NCBI GenBank assembly: GCA_046881885.1
Contig: JBKSMP010000006.1
Span: 1 to 32,000, forward strand
Direction of reading: 5' to 3'
Length of the DNA stretch: 32,000 bases
DNA from: Opitutales bacterium
Lineage (GTDB): Bacteria; Verrucomicrobiota; Verrucomicrobiia; Opitutales; UBA9783
The notes beneath the pieces are model-generated. The model worked only from the letters and a program-made list of their open reading frames with translations, was not told the DNA's origin and made no database searches. Below, one piece after another: positions 15,630-25,204 of the stretch (position 1 is the first letter of the stretch; each line of letters starts with the position of its first letter). The position numbers were made by a program, and so were the translations under genes.

Positions 15630-17507
15630 TTATTCCTTCAACCAGTCGGTAATACATTCAAATACAGTGGCTTCAGACAAATCCGCAATTGATCTTGTAG
15701 GTGATTGGACAATACATTTGGGAGCATCAAAGAAAGGACCTCCCCAATCTGGATTTGTAGGTCCAAATAAGCCGACGGTTGGAATACCGAAAAAATTTGC
15801 CAAATGCATGCCGCCTGAATCGTTTGCGACAATAAAATCCATATCACGCAAGGTACATTCTAACTCAGGTAATGAAGTTTGCCCTGCCAAGTTTTGCACA
15901 CGCCCTTCTGGTAACCTCAATAACACATCCGTACATAATGAACGATCTTTTGCATTGCCTAAAAGTACGCAATGAGCTTGCGGATAATGTTCCAAAAGCA
16001 GTTGTATGAGTTTTTGCCAACGTTGAACGGGCCAACGTTTTTGAGGGGTGTTCGCAGAACCGCAGAAACACGCAAAGGATTTTATCGTTTTCTCTTTCTT
16101 ATGGATTTCAACGGGAATATTAGGTAATTCTCCTTTTAAACCAAAGTTTTTGAATAGCTGATACCATAATTCCGTTTGATGACAGGTAATCGGTTGTTTA
16201 GGAATAAAGGTGTGATTAAGCAAGTACCGTTTTCCTTTTTTCTGCAAACCAAAACGTTGCGGTGCACCTGAACAAAAGGCTTCAAAATCGCTTCTTAAAG
16301 AATTCGGAAAGTTAATCCAAATATCGGGATAACGATTTCGAATTTGCCAAAAACTTCGAAAATAAGCCCATCCTGACTTTTTAGGTAAAATATGAATAAA
16401 ATCTACTGGAAAATGGCGCTGCAGCCAGGGTGCAAAGCTTCTTTGTGCGACTAAATGGATGCAAAAGTCAGGTCGAGAGCGTCGAATCGCTTGAATAAGG
16501 GGATAGGTCATTACACAATCACCCAGCCAATTGGGCATACGGATCCATACCTGAGTACGACGTGGTAAAGCACTCCAATTAAAAAACTGACAGGTTTCTT
16601 CCAACCAATTACGTTTTTGGTAAATCTGAAAGCGACGTGTCGGATTTTGCTGAGTTTTCCAACGACGATGCATCCATAACCAATTTTCAAAAAAACAACG
16701 TTCTGTTTGTAGCTTTCCTTCTAACCAATGATTGGCAGCGAGAGTTATGCTTAATGCATCTTTTTTTGGTGTAAAAATCTCTTCTACACACAATTCACCA
16801 CGAATAAATCCTGTGCGTTTGAGATAAACCACAACTGCATCAGAACCATATTTTTCAATCAAACGCCCCGGTAGATCCGTTGTAGAAGCTAAACGCTCGA
16901 AAAAAGTGGTTAAACAGCCAGTTTCACCTGCAGATTGATCAAACAGCAGGCTTACAATACCACCATTTTTTAAAATTTTTTCCAAGGGTGCTACACCACG
17001 TTTTCTGGAAATAAGCTGCAAACCAAAGCGCTCGCGTGTTTTTCGAATCCAGTCTTCAAACCATTTTGTGCGAAAAGGCCGATAAACAACACCTGTATTA
17101 GGGAATTTTTGGAAAAAACAAGGTGCCCATGTCATGGCTTCCATCAAATTTAAGTGAGGAATCAAAACAACCGCGGAACGTTTATTTTTCTGCACATCTT
17201 GAATCCAATTTTTAAAAGCAGCAGACGGCTTTATCCGTTGTTTTATTTTATCTTCTGACCAACAAGTGGTGACTAAAAACGCCCAAGCAGTTTCTACCCA
17301 ACGACAACAATGAATAAGTCCAACTTTGCGGCGCCATTTTTCTGTTTTTTGCGGAAAAACAATGTATAAATTATGCAAGACAATACGCCGACGCGACGGT
17401 AATCCATAATAAAGGCAGTATCCCCCTATCGTACATAAAATACGAGCAAAACGCTCCGGAATTCGATTCAGGCAATAGATCAAAAAATAAAATAATTTTT
17501 CCAACAT
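15630..17507 (-). CDS. fusion protein: LpxL/HtrB-type lipid A (Kdo2-lipid IVA) acyltransferase domain + glycosyltransferase family 9 (heptosyltransferase-like) domain
   Basis: The N-terminal ~295 aa resemble late lipid A acyltransferases (a TM start, then VLIPHLNLMEAM, an HX4E-type motif). The C-terminal ~325 aa resemble GT9 (VWIRMPNWLGDCVMTYPLIQAIRRSRPD ... ANDSGGMHLANFFGIPTVGLFGPTNP). It is one uninterrupted 625-codon ORF. Confidence 0.8.
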   Translation of the reverse strand: MLEKLFYFLIYCLNRIPERFARILCTIGGYCLYYGLPSRRRIVLHNLYIVFPQKTEKWRRKVGLIHCCRWVETAWAFLVTTCWSEDKIKQRIKPSAAFKNWIQDVQKNKRSAVVLIPHLNLMEAMTWAPCFFQKFPNTGVVYRPFRTKWFEDWIRKTRERFGLQLISRKRGVAPLEKILKNGGIVSLLFDQSAGETGCLTTFFERLASTTDLPGRLIEKYGSDAVVVYLKRTGFIRGELCVEEIFTPKKDALSITLAANHWLEGKLQTERCFFENWLWMHRRWKTQQNPTRRFQIYQKRNWLEETCQFFNWSALPRRTQVWIRMPNWLGDCVMTYPLIQAIRRSRPDFCIHLVAQRSFAPWLQRHFPVDFIHILPKKSGWAYFRSFWQIRNRYPDIWINFPNSLRSDFEAFCSGAPQRFGLQKKGKRYLLNHTFIPKQPITCHQTELWYQLFKNFGLKGELPNIPVEIHKKEKTIKSFACFCGSANTPQKRWPVQRWQKLIQLLLEHYPQAHCVLLGNAKDRSLCTDVLLRLPEGRVQNLAGQTSLPELECTLRDMDFIVANDSGGMHLANFFGIPTVGLFGPTNPDWGGPFFDAPKCIVQSPTRSIADLSEATVFECITDWLKE

Positions 17508-17510
17508 TTC

Positions 17511-18104
17511 TTAATCTTCTTCCAATATTGCGTAATCAAATTGTCCACCTAAAGCTTTAATATCTTCTAGTAAAGCTTGATTGTCTTTGCGCTCTGTTTT
17601 AGACAAATGATCGATAAACAAAATACCCCGTAAATGATCACATTCATGTTGTATGCAGCGTGCAAACAAATTACGGCATTGTAAAACATGCTGAGCACCC
17701 CAAAGGTCTTGATAATGAAGTTTTATTTCGTGAAAGCGACTAACACTTCCTCGAACATCTGGTAACGACAAACACCCTTCTTCTTCGGAAAGTTTTACGT
17801 CATTAACCGGTTCAAAATTAGGATTGATGAAACAAAAAGGCTGTACTAACTGAAGCGGCAATGTTCGTCCATCTAAAATAACAGTTTCATCGCTTTTTTC
17901 CAATTGCAAATCAATAACGACCAATTGAATGGATTCCCCTATTTGCGGGGCTGCCAAACCAATGCCATTAGCTGTGTACATAGATTGCAGCATCTGTTCT
18001 GCTTTTTTCTCGAGCTGAGCTCCAAATTCAGTAATTAAGCTTGCTTTCTTACGTAAAACAGGTGCACCAAAAGTACAAATTATACAGGATTCAGGCTTAG
18101 GCAT
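17511..18104 (-). CDS. def: peptide deformylase
   Basis: All three signature motifs are present: GIGLAAPQIG, EGCLSLP and HECDHLRG. Its start overlaps the ftsH stop by 8 nt and is preceded by GAGGAG. Confidence 0.9.
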   Translation of the reverse strand: MPKPESCIICTFGAPVLRKKASLITEFGAQLEKKAEQMLQSMYTANGIGLAAPQIGESIQLVVIDLQLEKSDETVILDGRTLPLQLVQPFCFINPNFEPVNDVKLSEEEGCLSLPDVRGSVSRFHEIKLHYQDLWGAQHVLQCRNLFARCIQHECDHLRGILFIDHLSKTERKDNQALLEDIKALGGQFDYAILEED

Positions 18105-20139
18105 TTTTCTCCTCTTGGCTTGCGACCACTTCTACTTTTGCGTTTGTTTCTGTTTCGGCCGATTTTTCTTCAGGAATTTTTGAAATAAGTGCGCCTTCTT
18201 TTACAATTTCATAAACATACTTACCTTCTAAGGTTTCATATTGTAACAGGGCTTGTGCCAATATTTCTAAGCAATCTTCCTTTTCTTTCAAAATCGTTTG
18301 CGCACGCTTATATTGCTCTTGAACAATCTCAGAAATGGCGTCGTCAATTTGTTGCGCAGTTCTTTCGCTATAATTTTGCTCACGTGCAATCTCCTTACCT
18401 AAAAAGATATGTTCTTGATTTTCGCCGAAAGCCAAGGGGCCCATGCGACTCATACCCCAATCACAAACCATACGACGTGCCATTTTTGTGGCAACACGAA
18501 TATCCGACGATGCACCGCTTGTTTGCTCATTAAATTTTATTTCTTCAGCGATACGTCCGCCCATGCAGCAACAAATTTGATTCAGACTTTGTTTCTTGGA
18601 ATAATTTAATATATCTTTTGATGGCAACATCATTGTACTTCCTAAACTTTGCCCACGAGGAATAATGGTTACTTTGTGAATAGGAAGTAAGCCATCATCG
18701 ATAACGGCTTGAACAATTGCGTGGCCAGCTTCATGATAAGCAGTAATCTTCTTATCATTTTCATCCATCAACTTCTTACGTTCACGACCAAAAGAAATCT
18801 TATCGCGTGCTTCATCTAAATCGCAAGGTTCTACGCGTTTTTTCGATCTCCTAGCCGCTAATAAAGCTGCTTCATTGAGTAAATTTTCCAAATCTGCACC
18901 CGAATAACTTGAGGTATTACGTGCAACAACCTTCAAATCGACTTCAGGACTCATCTTAATACGTTTTGCATGAACACGCAAAATCTCTTCACGACCTTGA
19001 ATATCGGGCAAATCTAACACAACTTGACGATCGAATCGTCCTGGACGTAATAAAGCATTATCCAACACATCTGGGCGATTGGTTGCAGCAACAATAATAA
19101 TTCCTTCACGAGATTCAAAACCATCCATTTCAACCAACATGGCGTTAAGTGTTTGCTCACGTTCATCATTACCGCCGCCTAAACCAGCACCTCTTTTACG
19201 GCCTACAGCATCAATTTCATCGATAAAAACCAAACAAGGTGCATTTTGCTTAGCTTGCTCGAACATGTCACGTACACGTGAAGCACCTACACCTACGAAC
19301 ATTTCAACAAAGTCTGAACCACTTATGCTAAAGAAAGGCACATTAGCTTCTCCTGCAATCGCTTTTGCCAATAAAGTTTTTCCTGTTCCTGGGGATCCTA
19401 CCATCAAACAACCTTTAGGTACACGACCACCAATATCTTGGAACTTTTTAGGATTTTTTAAAAAGTCGACAATCTCTTTAACCTCTTCCTTGGCCTCATC
19501 ACAACCGGCAACATCGGCAAAAGTAACCTTCTTTTTATCTTCTTGTAGTAAGCGTGCGCGGCTTTTTCCAAAGTTCATGGCACTTTTACCGGCAACACGA
19601 ACTTGGCGCGCAAACATGATGTAAAGAAAGCCAAAAATAAGCACAAATGGCAAAATATTAACTAAAATAGAGGAAAGTAATGTACTTGCTGGACGTTCTT
19701 TAAGTTCGAAGCCAAAATCACCATCCAATAATTCATTAAAACGGCTATCGGTCAAACGTCCTGCAGCTTCAAAATGTAAAGGCAAAGTGGATGCAGCCGA
19801 TTCCCCTCTTAAAAGTGTTTGTTTCGACCAAATACTTGTAGGGTCTTCGCTTAAAATTTTATAAATCTTAGTACCATCTTTAATTAAAGTTCCATTAATT
19901 TTATACCATTGAGGCCCTCCGGTTGAATCCGATTGCATTTCCGCACTTTCAATAAGGCGTTCTTTAGCTAAATCTAAGACTTGATTAACGGTTAAATGCA
20001 ACCTTCCTTCGGGGGTTAATGCCAAAGAATTAAGCATTAATAAAATGAGCAACAAAGAGCCCCACACTAAAAAACTTCTTGTTTTAAACGATTTAGGAGC
20101 CTTCTCCTGTTGATTTGTCTTTTTTTCCTTTTTTACCAT
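18097..20139 (-). CDS. ftsH: ATP-dependent zinc metalloprotease FtsH
   Basis: Two TM segments flank a periplasmic domain. AAA module ([29 protein letters not shown], second region of homology [20 protein letters not shown]). Zinc site HEAGHA. Confidence 0.95.
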   Translation of the reverse strand: MVKKEKKTNQQEKAPKSFKTRSFLVWGSLLLILLMLNSLALTPEGRLHLTVNQVLDLAKERLIESAEMQSDSTGGPQWYKINGTLIKDGTKIYKILSEDPTSIWSKQTLLRGESAASTLPLHFEAAGRLTDSRFNELLDGDFGFELKERPASTLLSSILVNILPFVLIFGFLYIMFARQVRVAGKSAMNFGKSRARLLQEDKKKVTFADVAGCDEAKEEVKEIVDFLKNPKKFQDIGGRVPKGCLMVGSPGTGKTLLAKAIAGEANVPFFSISGSDFVEMFVGVGASRVRDMFEQAKQNAPCLVFIDEIDAVGRKRGAGLGGGNDEREQTLNAMLVEMDGFESREGIIIVAATNRPDVLDNALLRPGRFDRQVVLDLPDIQGREEILRVHAKRIKMSPEVDLKVVARNTSSYSGADLENLLNEAALLAARRSKKRVEPCDLDEARDKISFGRERKKLMDENDKKITAYHEAGHAIVQAVIDDGLLPIHKVTIIPRGQSLGSTMMLPSKDILNYSKKQSLNQICCCMGGRIAEEIKFNEQTSGASSDIRVATKMARRMVCDWGMSRMGPLAFGENQEHIFLGKEIAREQNYSERTAQQIDDAISEIVQEQYKRAQTILKEKEDCLEILAQALLQYETLEGKYVYEIVKEGALISKIPEEKSAETETNAKVEVVASQEEKNA

Positions 20140-20160
20140 TTTTTAAATAAGATAAACAAT

Positions 20161-21567
20161 TTATTTTTTTTTATAAATCAAAAAAACAAACAATTTTGTA
20201 TTTGGATTAACTTTGGCATAATCTGCAGGAGGCAAACCTGGTATCCATAAGATTTTTCCGGTTGCATCTGTTATAACCGGAACTTGTTTTCTTAACTTCA
20301 ACTCTACTTTTCTTTCCGAAAACAACTGTTTGACTTTTTTTTCGTTTGCAAATCCAATCGGCTGATACCGATCGCCATCTTTCCAATTCCGTACATAAAA
20401 TTCTTTTACTAAGTCTCCATCTAAAGCAACCACTTCAGTATCTTTATAAGCTCCAGAAACAATTTTCTCATACAATTCAGCGGTTGCAGAACTATAGCGC
20501 ATCGACAATTGTGCATTTTGTGGAAAAAAAATGATTCCGTTTTTCCATTTAAAAGAAAAAGTAGTAGCCTTTTGTCGCTCAATTTTTTGAATCCTAATCG
20601 TGTTTTTTTGTAAAACTAAAGAATGTGTTTTATCTAAATTGATAGTTGCCGATTCGGAGTGATTTAAGTCATTAATAATAACTTCCAAGCGCTCAAAGCT
20701 TAAATCGATATCAGAGTTCACACGCACCCACTGCCTAAGTTTTAGGTTTTGTTCCCAAATAGATTTTTTTGAAAAACTATTTCTATCCAAGAGTTTTTTG
20801 ATAGGGTCAAAATCCTTTAAATAATTGTTTTCGCAATGTGTTAAAAACTTGCCTTGTTCGAGCAAATTAGCACAGGTTCGTCTAAAACCTTTACGCCAAT
20901 TCGTGCCTTCAAAAACAGTTTCAAGTTGAGGCAGAATGTACTTACGTAAACGATTACGAATGCACATATCTTCGAAGTTTGTATGATCCACAAAGTAATG
21001 AATGCCACACTGTTCACAAGCCGCTTGCAGCTCTGACTTAGTTAATGTCAATAAAGGACGGAGTTTAGTATAGAGCTTTAACGGGTGCACCGCTCTAGGA
21101 GCGACAATACCGTCTAAACCGCTTCCACGAAACAGACGCATCAAAACAGTTTCCACACGATCATCTTCGTGTTGCCCCAGCAGTAAACATCGGCAATTAT
21201 GCAGTTTTAAGTTTTTTTCAAAAAAACGATAACGAGCTTCACGTAAAGCTCCTTCTGTTGGTGGAATAGAACCTTCTCGGTGGCCTGCTACAAATGAAAC
21301 CTTCAAAACATCAGCTAAAGCTTTTAAATAGGCTTCTTCAGTGTCGGCTTGTGGACGTAGCTTGTGATTGTAATACAATAAAAAACAGCGATTTTGGGGC
21401 CAGTATAATCTAGTTAACAAAAGCAAAATCAAAGAATCAGGCCCGCCCGAACAAGCAACACTTAACGGACCTGTGTACGCATCCAACCAAGCTACAACCT
21501 CCTGGTGCAAGCGTTTTTTAGGGAAAATTTTTGTCAAAACTTCCCAATTGCCTAATTGTACATTCAT
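20161..21567 (-). CDS. tilS: tRNA(Ile)-lysidine synthetase
   Basis: PP-loop SGGPDS, followed by HHxLR-like YNHKLRPQAD, GQHEDDRVETVLMRLFRGSG, and a C-terminal TilS substrate-binding-like region (RNWKDGDRYQPIG). The conserved tilS-ftsH adjacency also supports the call. Confidence 0.85.
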   Translation of the reverse strand: MNVQLGNWEVLTKIFPKKRLHQEVVAWLDAYTGPLSVACSGGPDSLILLLLTRLYWPQNRCFLLYYNHKLRPQADTEEAYLKALADVLKVSFVAGHREGSIPPTEGALREARYRFFEKNLKLHNCRCLLLGQHEDDRVETVLMRLFRGSGLDGIVAPRAVHPLKLYTKLRPLLTLTKSELQAACEQCGIHYFVDHTNFEDMCIRNRLRKYILPQLETVFEGTNWRKGFRRTCANLLEQGKFLTHCENNYLKDFDPIKKLLDRNSFSKKSIWEQNLKLRQWVRVNSDIDLSFERLEVIINDLNHSESATINLDKTHSLVLQKNTIRIQKIERQKATTFSFKWKNGIIFFPQNAQLSMRYSSATAELYEKIVSGAYKDTEVVALDGDLVKEFYVRNWKDGDRYQPIGFANEKKVKQLFSERKVELKLRKQVPVITDATGKILWIPGLPPADYAKVNPNTKLFVFLIYKKK

Positions 21568-23420
21568 TTATTCCAGTCAACGGTACGTGTTTTTCCATTA
21601 GAAGACGTCATTGTTGGACGTTCTTTTCGTGCCAAAATGCGTACAACAATATTATCATCCCCGATAAGCTGTTGCGCATGTTGTAAAGCTTGTGCAGTTG
21701 AATAATTAAGGTTTCTCGGGTCATCAAAAAACACATTGTCTCTTCCAACAATATCTAACAAACCCGAACGTTCAAGTAATTTAAAGAGTGGTTTGGAAAC
21801 TTCACACAACAACAAGCGGCGGTTATTGGAGGCCATGTATCTCAACAATTCTTCCAAGGCCAATAAACAGGTTGCATCGATATAAAAAGCATTTCTAAGT
21901 TTTAGAAGAATAACCTTCAATTGAGGCCTCTTGCAAATTTCGCGAATTTGATCTAAGAAGACTTCCGAAGAACCAAAAAATAAATTTCCTTCAATGTGTA
22001 TAATCGATAATTCAGGGTTTTCTATCCCTTGTCCTATAGGTGTTTGAAAAAATTGCCCGTGATCATAGTTATATTCAGAAAATTCCGGTACAGCTGCCTT
22101 CTTCATAAACAAGGCAACAGAAACCAAAATCCCCATGTAAAGTGAAATATTGAGCGGAAACAAAAAAGCAAAAATGAATGTAATAAAGAAGACGCAAGCA
22201 TCCGAGCGATTGGTATGTAAAACAACTTTTAAGGCTTGTGTATCAAATAAATTAACACCCAATATAACGATTAACATTGATAAACCAGCCTTAGGAATGT
22301 GATTAAAAAACGGCCCAAAGAAGACGATACCTAACAAACAAAAAAGTCCGCAAAAAAGGCTCGTTAATGAGGTTTTTGCTCCACTAGAATAATTGGCGGA
22401 TGAGCGAACTAAAGAACTTGAAGCAGGCATTCCAGAACAAAGTCCACAAAAAAGGTTTGCAACTCCCATGCCAAAAACCATTTGATTAATTTTAGCTTTT
22501 TGACCCATGCGAGCTGCTAAAAGTTTTAAAACTGTTGTCCCATCAATTAAACAGATAAAGCTGATTGCCAAAGCCATGTTGGCAAAATTGCTGATATTAT
22601 CGAAGTTAAACCCTTGTAAAGAAGCTTGCCAGCTAGAGGCATATACTTTATCTAAAACCTGGATTGGACATTCGAAAAAACGCTCTAAAATAAATGTAAT
22701 CAATGAAATACTAATAATGCTTAAGGCAATAACAGGACTTTTAGGAAACACTTTTTTCCAAAAATAATACAAGCCACAAACCAAAATCGCAATCGCCACA
22801 GAAGAAATATCCATATCCTTTAAACCAAAGAGCGTTGCCTTGCAAATATCAAAAAACGTAATAACATTGTCATCGGTTGTAAGCGGCAATTCAAACCCCA
22901 AAACATTATGTACTTGATTGACAATCATAATAATAATGACGGCTGTCACATAACCAAAAATAACACTTCTAGAAATATATTGCACAAGTGAAGCAACATT
23001 GAAAAAGGAGCTTACAATTAAGAAAAAACCTGTTAAAACAAGAACAGGCGGCAAAACTTCGGTAAATTTATTAAGCGGTATTCCACAAGCAGTAAACATG
23101 CTCATCATTAAAACTGCGGTGGAACTAGTGGGACCTAAATTGAGGACTCTTGACCCTGAAAATAATGCAGACACTAAAGTCGCAATGATTGCTCCATACA
23201 AACCGTATTCTACCGGTAATCCTGCCAAAAGCGCATAAACCATTGCCTGCGGAAACACCAATAAAGCTACATTGAGTCCTGCAAACAAATCTGGCCAAAA
23301 ACAATCCTTATTGTACTTAAGAATTTCTCTGCTAACAGGCAAAAATTCTAAACGTGTATCCCTCCATAAGCGAAAAATCTCCTTAAATACTTTGCCCACT
23401 AGTAAATTTATTAAACTCAT
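21564..23420 (-). CDS. SulP-family anion transporter with C-terminal STAS domain
   Basis: DLFAGLNVALLVFPQAMVYALLAGLPVEYGLYGAI is the SulP signature region. The protein is multi-TM. The C-terminal STAS-like domain includes IIHIEGNLFFGSSEVFLDQI...DATCLLALEELL. ATGA overlap with tilS. Confidence 0.85.
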   Translation of the reverse strand: MSLINLLVGKVFKEIFRLWRDTRLEFLPVSREILKYNKDCFWPDLFAGLNVALLVFPQAMVYALLAGLPVEYGLYGAIIATLVSALFSGSRVLNLGPTSSTAVLMMSMFTACGIPLNKFTEVLPPVLVLTGFFLIVSSFFNVASLVQYISRSVIFGYVTAVIIIMIVNQVHNVLGFELPLTTDDNVITFFDICKATLFGLKDMDISSVAIAILVCGLYYFWKKVFPKSPVIALSIISISLITFILERFFECPIQVLDKVYASSWQASLQGFNFDNISNFANMALAISFICLIDGTTVLKLLAARMGQKAKINQMVFGMGVANLFCGLCSGMPASSSLVRSSANYSSGAKTSLTSLFCGLFCLLGIVFFGPFFNHIPKAGLSMLIVILGVNLFDTQALKVVLHTNRSDACVFFITFIFAFLFPLNISLYMGILVSVALFMKKAAVPEFSEYNYDHGQFFQTPIGQGIENPELSIIHIEGNLFFGSSEVFLDQIREICKRPQLKVILLKLRNAFYIDATCLLALEELLRYMASNNRRLLLCEVSKPLFKLLERSGLLDIVGRDNVFFDDPRNLNYSTAQALQHAQQLIGDDNIVVRILARKERPTMTSSNGKTRTVDWNK

Positions 23421-23575
23421 TAAGAAGTTTTGTAAATAATTTTTGTTAATTAAAATTTTTAACTGTAGCTCAATTTCAGATTTTCAAGGTATTTATAAAG
23501 ATATTAGAAGTGGGTTTGTAAACAAATTATAATTTTTTGATTTACTTCATTTTTAAATTGTATCAAATAGTTTAT

Positions 23576-24256
23576 ATGTCCGTTACACTTCCGAAATTAA
23601 ATTGGTGTATTGTACGATTAGGCAATGACTACAATTGGTGGGTCAAAGAAATTAGTGACTCCATCCATTGGGATTTGGATTGTCTAAGTATATTAGATCC
23701 TAAACAAGTAGCTTATATTCTGGATTTGACAGAGGATTTGAAGGAATATGGTTTTGCGTCGGATGTTTTAGATCGTACTTTTTTCCGCTTTAAAATCGAC
23801 AAACGTATTGGGGACGATCTTGTACGTCTTGTTCGGACCGAACAAAGTCTTTTGGACAGTGATGAGCCTTTATTTGCTTTGCCGGATGTCATTGATGAAG
23901 AAAAAGGTCCTTATGTAGACTTTATCGAAACTTTAACAAAATTACGTGTTAAGCTCTTAAATGATAGCATAGATTTTGAAAAAAGTCTTTCTGCAGAAGA
24001 AATTACAGATGAATTGAATGAAAAATATCGTCAAGAGTATTTTGAAGGAACGGCTATTCATGCATATCGTGAGTTAATTGATATTTTGGAATATGTTCCA
24101 GAAGGTTTTGAACTCGATAAAGAAGAAAAGGCTACACTGAATTCGGATGAAGATTATTCGGATTTAGCGGAAGATTTTGATGAAGAAAAGGATACACTAG
24201 AAGAAGATGAAACGATGCAATGGGATGAAGAGTGGGACGATCGCAAAAATAAGTAA
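23576..24256 (+). CDS. acidic hypothetical protein with a hyper-acidic C-terminal tail
   Basis: The ORF has backbone-like composition. The track start at 23537 is TTG; the first ATG is at 23576 (MSVTLPKLNW). The C-terminus is DEDYSDLAEDFDEEKDTLEEDETMQWDEEWDDRKNK. No family recognised. Confidence 0.6.
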   Translation: MSVTLPKLNWCIVRLGNDYNWWVKEISDSIHWDLDCLSILDPKQVAYILDLTEDLKEYGFASDVLDRTFFRFKIDKRIGDDLVRLVRTEQSLLDSDEPLFALPDVIDEEKGPYVDFIETLTKLRVKLLNDSIDFEKSLSAEEITDELNEKYRQEYFEGTAIHAYRELIDILEYVPEGFELDKEEKATLNSDEDYSDLAEDFDEEKDTLEEDETMQWDEEWDDRKNK

Positions 24257-24311
24257 TTTTAGCTTGCATTAATTTTTTTTATTTGAGATTTTCTCATTAA
24301 GCTTTTATTGA

Positions 24312-24386
24312 GGCACGGTAGCCAAGTGGTAAGGCAGGAGTCTGCAAAACTTCTATACGTCGGTTCAATTCCGACCCGTGCCTCCA
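24312..24386 (+). tRNA. tRNA-Cys (anticodon GCA), CCA encoded
   Basis: Acceptor GGCACGG/CCGUGCC, anticodon stem GGAGU/ACUUC with loop CUGCAAA, T arm GUCGG-UUCAAUU-CCGAC, discriminator U, CCA. Confidence 0.9.
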
Positions 24387-24399
24387 ATGGTTTTTTCTA

Positions 24400-25044
24400 A
24401 TGAAACGATTGCAACAAGAGTGGATTCAATTGAGACGTAAGCGGTTTCGCTTGCTAAAAAAATGGTTACGTTATTTACCTTCTCGTTCTTCTATTCGCAA
24501 AAATCGTTTTATTGGCAAGTGGGGAAGAAAGTTTTTAGATAAATATCCGGAATTGTGGTCTTTTGCTTATGGTCCTATGCGCTCAGCTTATTATGCGGGC
24601 TGGATTTTGACATTTATGCCCGTTATGGGACTACAAATCACTTTAGCTATTATTTTGGCCATTTTTTTAAGGGCTAATGTAATGGTTCTTGTTGCCTTGC
24701 AAATGCTTTCTAATCCCTTTACGATAGGCTTCTTGTGGACTTTTGAATACCATATTGGAAAATTTATTTTATCTTTTTTGCCGCATCAACAAAGAACACT
24801 TATGGAAGTTACCTTAGCAGAAACGGTCCAAAAAAGTTTTACAGGACATTCTTTTTTTAAAGCTACTTTGGCGATATGTTTGGGAGGACTTGTGCTTGGA
24901 ATTCTTTTCGGAAAGCTATCGTGCTTAATTCATCAATACATTCTTAAGCGTACCGTTGTTACTTATGAAGAATTTATACAGCAAAAAATTGACGACCTTA
25001 ATCGTTTAAAAAAAGATTCCGATGATTTTATTGGAAAAGTATAA
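24400..25044 (+). CDS. DUF2062-like membrane protein
   Basis: Basic N-terminus, then AYYAGWILTFMPVMGLQITLAIILAIFLRANVMVLVALQMLSNPFT, which matches my recollection of the DUF2062 core (..G.f..f.P..g.q...a..la...r.N......NP.T). It starts 13 nt after tRNA-Cys. Confidence 0.65.
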   Translation: MKRLQQEWIQLRRKRFRLLKKWLRYLPSRSSIRKNRFIGKWGRKFLDKYPELWSFAYGPMRSAYYAGWILTFMPVMGLQITLAIILAIFLRANVMVLVALQMLSNPFTIGFLWTFEYHIGKFILSFLPHQQRTLMEVTLAETVQKSFTGHSFFKATLAICLGGLVLGILFGKLSCLIHQYILKRTVVTYEEFIQQKIDDLNRLKKDSDDFIGKV

Positions 25045-25204
25045 TAGTGATTAAAATTTTTTCTTCTAAGTTTGCTTTGTTTTTGTGTTATTTCTCCCTG
25101 ATCGACAATTCCAAAACTTATATAAAATGTTTTATCCCATTATTTTTCTGAAAATAAAATACAAATTGCTTGTGTCTACTGTTTTGTTTTGCTAAACTAA
25201 ACAC

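Noticed and set aside
15496-15975. 159-aa plus-strand ORF spanning the 15507-15629 spacer and the 3' end of the LpxL-GT9 gene
   Set aside because: It overlaps the well-supported GT9 C-terminal motif region on the opposite strand and has no recognisable features. It is likely a shadow ORF.
19079-19624. 181-aa plus-strand ORF inside ftsH
   Set aside because: It is antisense to the unmistakable FtsH AAA domain. Its low-complexity Ser/Pro/Thr/Ala product is typical of a shadow ORF opposite a conserved gene.
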